Shown piece by piece: positions 57,401 through 64,000 of a stretch of 64,000 nucleotides of DNA; position 1 is the stretch's first letter, and each line of letters starts with the position of its first letter. Location of the stretch: NCBI GenBank assembly GCA_048358235.1, contig DBGCDL010000013.1:405-64404 (forward strand), written 5' to 3'. The notes beneath the pieces are model-generated. The model made no database searches. It had not been told where the DNA came from and saw only the letters and a program-made list of their open reading frames with translations. The position numbers were made by a program, and so were the translations under genes. Source of the DNA: Oscillospiraceae bacterium (GTDB lineage: Bacteria; Bacillota; Clostridia; Oscillospirales; Ruminococcaceae).

Positions 57401-57571
57401 GAACGTCGGCTGTTTTACGTGGGGATTACCCGTGCCCGGGAGGAGTTGATTCTGACCGTTCCGGGGGAGGATTCCCCATTCCTGGAGGAGCTGCCGTCCG
57501 GCAGTCTCACATGGGAAACCGGACGTATGGGCGGCCATGCCCCGGAAGAGGTGCAGCTGCGTCTGTTCTGA
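54446..57571 (+). CDS. Fusion protein: endonuclease Q-like PHP nuclease (N-terminal ~400 aa) + SF1 UvrD/PcrA-type helicase (C-terminal ~590 aa)
   Basis: EndoQ-like blocks: DLHIHSKYS, LLGTGDFTHP, PAHIWTPHFS, SNSDAHSP..LGREAN, GKYHWDGHR, CPVCGKRLTIGVEHRVEELAD, PGYDGEYGKV. Helicase motifs: AGPGTGKT, LLVDEFQD, VIGDPDQSIYSFRGA, NYRST, TFHGAKGLEF, YVGITRAREEL. Single uninterrupted 1041-codon ORF. Confidence 0.8.
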   Translation: MYLADLHIHSKYSRATSRDCDAPHLDYWARRKGIGLLGTGDFTHPVWRAELTEQLIPAEEGLYRLKDEYRLPGDTAGEEVIPRFVVSGEISCIYKKAGRVRKVHCLILLPGLEAGEELAHRLEAIGNIHSDGRPILGLDCRDLLEITLNSCPEAVFIPAHIWTPHFSLFGAFSRFETMQECFGDLTPWIHAVETGLSSDPPMNWRVSALDDYTLVSNSDAHSPGKLGREANLLDAGLSYPALAHAIQTGEGFAGTIEFFPEEGKYHWDGHRNCGVCLSPQEALALDGKCPVCGKRLTIGVEHRVEELADRTDPPGAGRKPFESLVPLPEVIGSAGGCSPGSVRATECYDRMLRSLGTEFAILRETPLEEIESTAGEAVAESIRRLRQGRVERRPGYDGEYGKVILLSREDREQFGGQTSLLLPKAAQKPAPREIARQKPRKSTPLEEKMQPAPETLNEEQLCAAASPARITAVTAGPGTGKTKTLTARAEWLVTGQGAKPGEIAAVTFTIQAAKEMSARLEQRLGKRKAKAMIVGTFHAICRKLLGGGTVISLSEAKDWAEQALRETETPGQPDQLLEAVSRRKNGLAGPEEGYPEAEAYYCRLLTEVGLMDFDDLLLGALRLEGKPPFAHLLVDEFQDCAPLQRRLLQKWSEGAQSLFVIGDPDQSIYSFRGADAGCFDRLKADFPDAEMIRLSRNYRSTPQILSCGLSVIGNNPGGVRELVPQRPAGGKVRCVRTENGFSEGVFIAKEIGRMTGGMDMLESQQGEERQAYRSFSEIAVLCRTHRQLEVIEKCLRHDSIPCIIAGREDFLEKPEIRGVLGFFRFLLEGDPSSLRAALKYGFDCPPDLIDRAENRNERTENSPAVSPPEPLKKFWETAALFQPLCGSEKPRKLLERWAGEAPLTDSMERLMNMAVFYERMPDFLDRLLAGQEGDLQRASGRYDSGAVRLMTFHGAKGLEFPAVFLAGVAKGILPLTRKEETDWEEERRLFYVGITRAREELILTVPGEDSPFLEELPSGSLTWETGRMGGHAPEEVQLRLF

Positions 57572-57630
57572 CAGTGTAGTCCCCAATGGGAAGATGGGGA
57601 TTCAGTTCCCATTGGAATCCAATGTCCCTG

Positions 57631-57676
57631 AAAAAAGGCCAAAGGCCGGCTGAAATCAGCCGGCCTTTGCGATTTT
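57631..57676. terminator. Bidirectional terminator overlapping the 3' end of the ABC-2 permease gene
   Basis: CAAAGGCCGGCTGA-AAT-CAGCCGGCCTTTG with an A-run upstream and a T-rich tract downstream. Confidence 0.7.
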
Positions 57677-58981
57677 CGGGGTCTTTTTCTTTTTCTTGAA
57701 TTCTAGAGTCATGGTGAAAATTTTATCGGTGGAGAATACCCGCACCGCCATGTAAAGCGTCAGTGCCAGCACGGCAATCTGATAGGCCATACCGCCGTAG
57801 AAGAGAGCAAAATTGCCGAACAGCAGATTGGCTGACGCGGTATAGGTGTGGGTAAAGGGAATCAGATACATGAGAATCTGGCCGACCAGGGGAAGCTGGT
57901 TCACGTCGGAGAAAATGGAGACGAAGTAGGGGATCATGGCCAGAAACATCAGCGGGGCAATGAGCCCGTTGGCGGATTTCAGATCTTTGGACAGAGCGCC
58001 CAGAATCATACTGGCTGCCAGAGCGATCATAATCGTCAAAAACAGCTGGATTCCGATGAGCAGATACTGTCCCGCCCCCAGCTGAAGGCCGAGAGCCTTC
58101 ATTGCGTCGGACATGGGTGCAGTGGCTTCCGCAATGGAAGCGCCGGACATTCCCCCGGTCATCCCGCCCATCATTCCACCCATCATAGTGGAGAAGCCCG
58201 TCATATAAACCACTGCCATCAGCAGGGAAAGAATGCCGGAAGCACACATCTTTGAGCCAAGCACCGCCAGCCGGGGAACCGGAGTGGACAGAAGGGTCTC
58301 CAGCGTTTTATCCCCTTTTTCATTGGCGATGGCAGAGATGTTCAGCTGGGAGGCAAAGGTAATCAGGATAAAGACTACCAGGGGGATGAAGATGGTCTGC
58401 TGCATGGCAAAGGATTGCACCATGGAGGCGCTGATCTGGGCGCTTCTGCCTTTTACCACCGTGACGTCGGCGGTGGATACCGGGTTTTTGATGAATTCCA
58501 GACTGTAGCTGCCATCCTGTTGAATCAGGTTGTCGGTAATGAATTTCCCCACTTCGGTTCCCGCGGAGGATGCGGAGGAATCGTTCCCCGAAATCAACCC
58601 AAAGCTGGTCAGGCTGCTGACTACCCGGAGGGACTGGGGAATGCCCGCCTCAATTCCGGCGGCAAAGCCCTCCGGAATCACCAGTACGGTGCTGTGATCG
58701 TAAGCTTTGGCGGCATTCACCAGTTCCGCATCGGTGCCGCCGGAGATTTCGTCCACCTCAAACCCGCTGGTTTTCAGGTGCTCCTTGATTTGGACGGTGA
58801 GCTCGGACTGATCCAGATCAGCCACCACTACGCTTCCCATTTTCTCCTGCATTTCATTGCCGATGCCGCTCATAAACTGGCCTACAAGGAAGAAGACCAC
58901 TACCCCAACCAAAAGTCCCAACAGGGTTTGCAGGGTGAGCAGCTCCCGCAATTCCTTTTTCAAAAGGCTCCAGAATTTCAT
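57656..58981 (-). CDS. ABC-2 type transporter permease
   Basis: 441 aa; N-terminal TM segment, large extracytoplasmic loop, C-terminal 5-TM bundle. ATGA overlap with the upstream ATPase gene. Confidence 0.8.
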   Translation of the reverse strand: MKFWSLLKKELRELLTLQTLLGLLVGVVVFFLVGQFMSGIGNEMQEKMGSVVVADLDQSELTVQIKEHLKTSGFEVDEISGGTDAELVNAAKAYDHSTVLVIPEGFAAGIEAGIPQSLRVVSSLTSFGLISGNDSSASSAGTEVGKFITDNLIQQDGSYSLEFIKNPVSTADVTVVKGRSAQISASMVQSFAMQQTIFIPLVVFILITFASQLNISAIANEKGDKTLETLLSTPVPRLAVLGSKMCASGILSLLMAVVYMTGFSTMMGGMMGGMTGGMSGASIAEATAPMSDAMKALGLQLGAGQYLLIGIQLFLTIMIALAASMILGALSKDLKSANGLIAPLMFLAMIPYFVSIFSDVNQLPLVGQILMYLIPFTHTYTASANLLFGNFALFYGGMAYQIAVLALTLYMAVRVFSTDKIFTMTLEFKKKKKTPKIAKAG

Positions 58982-59718
58982 TCCGCATGCCCCCCTTCCT
59001 GTACAGCACGTTCAAAGACTTCCTCCAAATTTGCGGCGCCCATTTTTTGTTTCAGTTCATCCGGACGCCCGGTCATGTGGAGAACGCCGCCGCTGATGAT
59101 GCCGACCCGGTCGGAGAGAAATTCAATTTCCAGCATGTTGTGGGAAGAGACCAGAAATGCCATCCCCTGATCCGCCAGACTCCGGATCATTCTCCGGATT
59201 TCCAGAGCATTGAGAATGTCCAGCCCGCTGGTGGGCTCGTCGAGAATTGCCAGCACCGGGCGGGTCATAATTGCCCGGGAAAGAAGCAGCTTGCGGATCA
59301 TACCGCGGCTGTAGGTGCCGATTTTGTCCTTGAGCCGGTCACCCAGCCCGCAGATCTCTACGGCCGTGTCCACATATTCCCGGCAGAGCGCCTTGTCGTT
59401 TGAAAACAGGGAAGCCATAAATTCCAGATAGCGTTTTCCCGTCATGTTTTTATAGGCTCCGGCTTCGTCCGGCAGATAGGTGATCCGCTCCCGCACCCTG
59501 GCAGGTTCGCGGACGACACTGTAGCCCTCCACAAAGGCATCGCCGGAGGTGGGCTGAATCAGGGTGGAGATCATGCGTATGGTGGTGGTCTTTCCGGCAC
59601 CGTTGGGGCCGATCAGAGCAAAGATTTCCCCTTTGTTCACTTCAAAGCTGACTTCGTTGGCGGCCAAAACCTCGGTGTAGCGCTTTGACAGTTTTTCCAC
59701 TCTCAATGCGGGTTCCAT
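58978..59718 (-). CDS. ABC transporter ATP-binding protein (ABC-2/NatA type)
   Basis: Walker A GPNGAGKTT, signature-like YSRGMIRK, Walker B LAILDEPTSGLD. ATG 59718 preferred over 59727 by RBS spacing. Confidence 0.9.
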   Translation of the reverse strand: MEPALRVEKLSKRYTEVLAANEVSFEVNKGEIFALIGPNGAGKTTTIRMISTLIQPTSGDAFVEGYSVVREPARVRERITYLPDEAGAYKNMTGKRYLEFMASLFSNDKALCREYVDTAVEICGLGDRLKDKIGTYSRGMIRKLLLSRAIMTRPVLAILDEPTSGLDILNALEIRRMIRSLADQGMAFLVSSHNMLEIEFLSDRVGIISGGVLHMTGRPDELKQKMGAANLEEVFERAVQEGGHAE

Positions 59719-59831
59719 AGTCACCATTCCTTTCCTGCAATTATTGTACTAGGTAAATAATACAATAAGGCGGAGAAAATTGCAAGAGAAAATTGAAAAT
59801 ACAATCCGTTTGTATCAAGAAAAAACTCCGG

Positions 59832-59871
59832 TGTGAAAATTCCCCGGTATCCTGTGCAGGATACCGGGGAA
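59832..59871 (-). terminator. Intrinsic terminator after paaK (minus strand)
   Basis: TTCCCCGGTATCCT-GCAC-AGGATACCGGGGAA followed by TTTTC when read on the minus strand. Confidence 0.75.
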
Positions 59872-59879
59872 TCAAAGGA

Positions 59880-61112
59880 TCAATACCGGTTGTCGAAAAT
59901 CCGGTTGGATTTCTTTTCGCTGCGGGGCAGCTCGCCGATGGCTACCGGTTTGCAGATCACGGTGATGCCGATTTTGGCCTTAAAGCCGTTGACAATGCGC
60001 AGACCGATCTCATCCTGCTCCACGCCGGGTTCAACCTCCACGAAGAGGGTGACGATATCCTTGCCGTAAAGATGGTCGATCATGACCTGATATTCGCTGC
60101 TGGCCCCTTCCACATCTTTCAGGAATTCGTCGATCTGGCTGGGGAAAATATTGACGCCCTTCACCTTTACCATGTCGTCGGTGCGGCCCTGAATGATGTC
60201 GATCCGGGGATGCTTCATACCGCAGGGGCAGTCTCCCGGGATAATGCGGCTCAAGTCGTGGGTACGGTAGCGGATCAGGGGGGCACCCTGCTTTTTCAGA
60301 GTGGTAATGACAATCTCGCCCATCTGTCCGTCCGGCACCGGCTTCCCGGTTTTGGGGTCAATGATCTCAATATAAATAAAGTCGTCCCAGTAGTGCATGC
60401 CGCAGGCATAATCGCAGCTGATGCCGATGCCCGGGCCATAGACCTCGGTGAGGCCGTAAATGTCATACAGCTTGACGCCCAGCTCTTCCGCAATCCGGTG
60501 GCGCATCTTGTCGCCCCACCGCTCGGAACCGATAATGGCTTTTTTCAGGAAAATCTGATCTTTGATGCCCCGCCGGGTAATTTCCTCGGTCAAAAGCAGG
60601 GCATAGGAGGAGGTGGCCGTCAGGACGGTGCTCTTCAGGTCGATCATCATTTTGAGCTGCTTGTCGGTGTTGCCGGGGCCCATGGGGATGGCCATGGCGC
60701 CCAGAAGCTCCGCACCCGCCTGAAAACCGATTCCCGCGGTCCACAGACCGTAGCCGGGAGTGATGTGGATCCGGTCCAGATTGGTCACCCCTGCGGTTTC
60801 GTAGCAGCGCTTGAAAATTTCTGCCCAGTCCAGGACATCCTGCCGGGTATAGGGAATAATCACCGGGGTTCCCGTAGTTCCGGAGGAGGAGTGGATCCGG
60901 ACAATTTCGCTGTCCGGCACCGCCTGCAGTCCCAGGGGATAGGCGTCCCGCAGGTCGCCCTTCCAGGTAAAGGGAAGTTTTTCAAAGTCCGACTGGGTCT
61001 GGATGGCGTCGATGTCAATGCCTTCCAGCTTGCGGGCGTAAAATCCGTCCTGTGAGGTCAGCTTTTTCAGCTGCGCTTTGATCAGATCAAACTGGGTTTG
61101 ATTCATATTCAT
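59880..61112 (-). CDS. paaK: Phenylacetate--CoA ligase family (PaaK-type adenylating enzyme)
   Basis: SSGTTGTP AMP-binding motif; KLPFTWKGDLRDAYP opening typical of PaaK; 410 aa. Confidence 0.88.
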   Translation of the reverse strand: MNMNQTQFDLIKAQLKKLTSQDGFYARKLEGIDIDAIQTQSDFEKLPFTWKGDLRDAYPLGLQAVPDSEIVRIHSSSGTTGTPVIIPYTRQDVLDWAEIFKRCYETAGVTNLDRIHITPGYGLWTAGIGFQAGAELLGAMAIPMGPGNTDKQLKMMIDLKSTVLTATSSYALLLTEEITRRGIKDQIFLKKAIIGSERWGDKMRHRIAEELGVKLYDIYGLTEVYGPGIGISCDYACGMHYWDDFIYIEIIDPKTGKPVPDGQMGEIVITTLKKQGAPLIRYRTHDLSRIIPGDCPCGMKHPRIDIIQGRTDDMVKVKGVNIFPSQIDEFLKDVEGASSEYQVMIDHLYGKDIVTLFVEVEPGVEQDEIGLRIVNGFKAKIGITVICKPVAIGELPRSEKKSNRIFDNRY

Positions 61113-61148
61113 TGGAGTTCACCCTTCCTTCTCAATTTTCTCGGCTGT

Positions 61149-61727
61149 TCAGCGAAATTCAGCTCCCAGCCGAAGCGCTTTCAGATTCAGCTCAATAAAC
61201 CGCTCCGGTACCCGGCGGCGGATTGTGGCTTCCATTTCCTCCATGGTGATTCCCAGCCACCCGCCGGCAACGGCAGCGCCCAGCAGCGCGGAATTCAGCA
61301 CCTTTGGAGAACCGCAGGCGGCACAGACAGCATCCCCGTCCACCACGACCAGCCGGCTGCAGTGGGCCTTGAGATATTCAATCATGGGTCCGCCGCCGTA
61401 TTCGGCCCCGCTAAGGGAGGCAGTTACCGGACGTACCGCTCTTTTAGCGGCCACAACGGCTCCGCCCTGCTTCAGATAAGGGAGACAGCGCACTGCCTCC
61501 CCCGGCTCGAAGCCGAGGATGACATCTGCTTTTCCCTTGGGAATGAGAGAGGAAAACACATCGTCACCGATCCGGACATGGCTGACCACGCAGCCGCCCC
61601 GCTGGGCCATGCCGATGGTTTCGGCAGTCCGGGCCATTTCCCCTTTTTCCATGGCAGCCTGGGCGATGAGCCGGGAGGCAAGCACCGTGCCCTGTCCGCC
61701 CACGCCTGCCAGCAAACAGTTCAGCAT
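61149..61727 (-). CDS. iorB: Indolepyruvate:ferredoxin oxidoreductase beta subunit
   Basis: LLAGVGGQGTVLASRL opening of the IorB/2-oxoacid:Fd oxidoreductase gamma type. Start ATG 61727 overlaps the iorA stop region. Confidence 0.85.
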   Translation of the reverse strand: MLNCLLAGVGGQGTVLASRLIAQAAMEKGEMARTAETIGMAQRGGCVVSHVRIGDDVFSSLIPKGKADVILGFEPGEAVRCLPYLKQGGAVVAAKRAVRPVTASLSGAEYGGGPMIEYLKAHCSRLVVVDGDAVCAACGSPKVLNSALLGAAVAGGWLGITMEEMEATIRRRVPERFIELNLKALRLGAEFR

Positions 61728-61732
61728 ACGAA

Positions 61733-63547
61733 TCAACCGTCCTTTCTGATGGAGCTCCGGCTTTCCGCCGGAGCAATGGCGGTTACCGGACAGACCTGCG
61801 CGCAGATTCCGCATCCGTGGCAGGTAGAGGCGTCAATCACCGCCTTGCCGTCCTGAAACACCAGAGAGGGGCAGCCAAGCTCGAAGATGCAGGTTTCACA
61901 GCCCACACACTGCTGCGGGTCCACCTGAAAAATTTCCGGGGGCTTCGTAAGAGCAATACAGGGAGCTTCAAAGATCACTGCGGATACTCCCCTGATGTCA
62001 GCCGCCCGTTTTACCGCCTCCACCGCTTCTTCCAGGCGGAAGGGGTTGATGTGCTCCACCGATTTGACGCCCAGCGCTTCCAGCACCCGGCCGATGCTGA
62101 TCTTTTCGGTGACATCTCCCATCATGGTCTTTCCGGTACCGGGATGGGGCTGGTGACCGGTCATGGCGGTGGTGGAGTTGTCCAGAACAATCAGCACCAT
62201 GTCCGCCTCATTGTAGACGGCATTGGCCACTCCCGTCATGCCGGAGGCGAAGAAGGTGGAGTCGCCGATGAAGGCAAAATGCACGCCGTCCTCCACCCGG
62301 TGAAGTCCCTGGGCCATGGTCACGTCCGCCCCCATGCAGAGGCAGGTGTCCACCATGTCCAGCGGGGCGGCATTTCCCAGCGTATAGCAGCCGATATCGC
62401 CGCTGAACACTGCTTTTCTGCCCTTCATGGCCTGTTTGACCGCATAGAAGGAAGCACGATGGGGACATCCGGCGCAGAGCACCGGCGGGCGTACCGGCAG
62501 CGGAGGCGGCGCGTCAGGTACTGCGCTGTTAGGGCCAAGGCTGATTCCCAGATAGGAAGACAAAAACTTCGCCGCAATCTCCACGGACAGCTCGCCCGCG
62601 TTGGGAACATCTCCGGTCAGCTTGCCGCGGATGACGGTGGGAAGGTGATATTTTCCGCAAAGGAAGGTCAGCTCCCGTTCAATGACCGGGTCAAGCTCCT
62701 CTGCTACCAGCACCTCATCCACGCTTTTGAGAAATTCCAGCGCCAGTTCCTCCGGGAAGGGATGGGGAGTCGCCACCTTCAAAAGGGGAACCGTTTCCCC
62801 GCCCAGAGCTTCCCGGACGTAGATATAGCCCATTCCGCCGGCGGCAATTCCCCTGCGGGAGGCAGCTTTCCGGAATTCATTGAAGCGGTAGCCGGACAGC
62901 ACACCGGTCAGCTTCTGGTTCCGCGCCTCAATTTGGATGTGATTGGCGTAGGTGAGCCGGGGAAAGATCACCCATTTGGCGTCTTTTTGGAACCCTTCCG
63001 GAACGATCTGCTTCCGCTCACCGTCAATTTCAATGGAGGCGCAGCCGTGGCAGATCCGGGTAGTGGGCCGGAACAGTACCGGAGTGTGATATTGTTCGGA
63101 AAACTCGAAGGCATCCTGAATCATTTCGTAGGCTTCCTCGGGGGATACCGGGTCAAAGACGGGCAGCTTGGCAAACCGGGCGAAATGCCGGGTATCCTGC
63201 TCCGTCTGGGAAGAGATGGGGCCGGGATCGTCTGCCACGACAATGACCATACCGCCTTTTACGCCCACATAGGCAAGGCTCATCAGCGGGTCGGACGCAA
63301 CGTTGAGCCCCACCTGCTTCATGGTCACCATGGTGCGCTGTCCCGCATAGGCGGCGGCCGCTGCCACTTCCATTGCCGCCTTTTCATTGACGGACCACTC
63401 TACATAAAGCCCTTCCGGGCGATTTTTCGCAACCGTCTCCAATACCTCGGTCGAGGGCGTTCCCGGATAGCCGGTCACGACACCCACGCCCGCGCGGATT
63501 GCGCCCAAGGCAATGGCTTCGTTGCCCATTAACAGTTTTCTCACCAT
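61733..63547 (-). CDS. iorA: Indolepyruvate:ferredoxin oxidoreductase alpha subunit
   Basis: TPP-binding domains and two C-terminal 4Fe-4S motifs (CVGCETC..C; CHGCGICAQVCP). AAAGGAG RBS before ATG 63547. Confidence 0.9.
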   Translation of the reverse strand: MVRKLLMGNEAIALGAIRAGVGVVTGYPGTPSTEVLETVAKNRPEGLYVEWSVNEKAAMEVAAAAAYAGQRTMVTMKQVGLNVASDPLMSLAYVGVKGGMVIVVADDPGPISSQTEQDTRHFARFAKLPVFDPVSPEEAYEMIQDAFEFSEQYHTPVLFRPTTRICHGCASIEIDGERKQIVPEGFQKDAKWVIFPRLTYANHIQIEARNQKLTGVLSGYRFNEFRKAASRRGIAAGGMGYIYVREALGGETVPLLKVATPHPFPEELALEFLKSVDEVLVAEELDPVIERELTFLCGKYHLPTVIRGKLTGDVPNAGELSVEIAAKFLSSYLGISLGPNSAVPDAPPPLPVRPPVLCAGCPHRASFYAVKQAMKGRKAVFSGDIGCYTLGNAAPLDMVDTCLCMGADVTMAQGLHRVEDGVHFAFIGDSTFFASGMTGVANAVYNEADMVLIVLDNSTTAMTGHQPHPGTGKTMMGDVTEKISIGRVLEALGVKSVEHINPFRLEEAVEAVKRAADIRGVSAVIFEAPCIALTKPPEIFQVDPQQCVGCETCIFELGCPSLVFQDGKAVIDASTCHGCGICAQVCPVTAIAPAESRSSIRKDG

Positions 63548-63850
63548 GCAAGTCTCCTTTATCAGATGCAAAACACCCTGAAAATACATGAATTAATTGT
63601 ACGCCTTTTAGCGCGTTAAAGCAAGTGAAATTCCGATTTCTGTCGAAAATCGGAATGGTTCGGGGCAGTTTACCGATGATTCGTCCCAATTTTGTTTGGA
63701 CAATCGTTTGGAACCGAGAAAATGGGGGAAAACTTTTATCAGTACAGCTGTGCGGTTGGCGGCTGATGCCCGGGCGGTGCCGCCTGAAAAACAAAAAATT
63801 CTTGTGCGGGCACAATGGGCGCGCAAGACAGAAAAAGGCAGGAGTATCCC

Positions 63851-64000
63851 ATGAGTGAACTGATTGAGCTTTCCCATATCTGCAAAACCTATAATCCCGG
63901 TGAAAACCGGGTGGATGCGTTAAAGGACGTAAGCCTGACGGTGTCGAAGGGCGAGTTTGTGGCCATCGTCGGGAGTTCAGGGTCGGGAAAATCCACCCTG
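63851..64000 (+). CDS. ABC transporter ATP-binding protein (MacB/LolD-like), 3' end beyond the window
   Basis: [49 protein letters not shown] (Walker A); AGGAG RBS; open to the window edge. Confidence 0.8.
   Translation, partial: MSELIELSHICKTYNPGENRVDALKDVSLTVSKGEFVAIVGSSGSGKSTL

Noticed and set aside
57583-57626. Cluster of CCAATGG-type palindromic arms after the EndoQ-UvrD stop (CCAATGGGAA..TTCCCATTGG..CCAATG)
   Set aside because: These are alternative short hairpins immediately upstream of the real bidirectional terminator. They are most simply part of the 3'-UTR/terminator region, and nothing else supports a distinct element.
61817-63532. 571-aa plus-strand ORF antisense to iorA
   Set aside because: It is a GC-driven shadow ORF. 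The same reasoning applies to 59793-61055 (opposite paaK), 52244-53461, 3638-4924, 6132-7376, 25207-26493, 34972-36339, 36718-37896, 55664-56836, 8800-9717 and 17753-18784.

Overview
Gene-dense chromosomal segment that looks like a Firmicutes/Clostridia genome, with G+C visibly high (by eye roughly 55-60%; not computed). Supporting signs are a T-box leader before hisS-aspS, a dut-maf-mreBCD-mrdA block, AGGAGG-type RBSs and frequent 4-8 nt gene overlaps. I found no rRNA, tRNA, CRISPR array, transposase, integrase or prophage genes. Contents in order: a 5'-truncated P-type ATPase; LysR plus Fe-alcohol dehydrogenase; nfnAB-like ferredoxin:NADP oxidoreductase; a 94-bp tandem hairpin repeat; GH3 glycosidase plus SGNH hydrolase; a heterodimeric ABC exporter; an AraC remnant; two tandem URO-D/MtaA-family genes plus an AEC permease; and a cobalamin riboswitch driving one ~8.4 kb operon (cobT-cobU-cobS-cobU'-cobC-cbiB-cobD-btuFCD). 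These are followed by a convergent RACo-type corrinoid reductive activator with a divergent DUF1638 gene and a PocR-AraC regulator; rplM-rpsI; a frameshifted DUF1624 acyltransferase; zapA-U32-dut-DUF4321-maf-mreBCD-PBP2; an orphan MinD-like ATPase; mgsA; T-box-hisS-aspS; and two membrane proteins. The window ends with a low-GC GNAT islet; a third URO-D-like gene with a divergent AraC; a 1041-aa EndoQ-like nuclease fused to a UvrD-type helicase; an ABC-2 exporter; paaK-iorBA; and the start of another ABC ATPase. The most interesting items are (1) the EndoQ-UvrD fusion, (2) the RACo/DUF1638/PocR-AraC module next to the B12 salvage/uptake operon with no corrinoid protein gene in the window, together with dispersed MtaA-like paralogs, and (3) several unexplained structured non-coding regions (the 94-bp tandem repeat, the riboswitch-upstream mini-unit, and the leaders of zapA and the MinD-like gene). 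All functional calls rest on motif recognition by eye; no searches were run.
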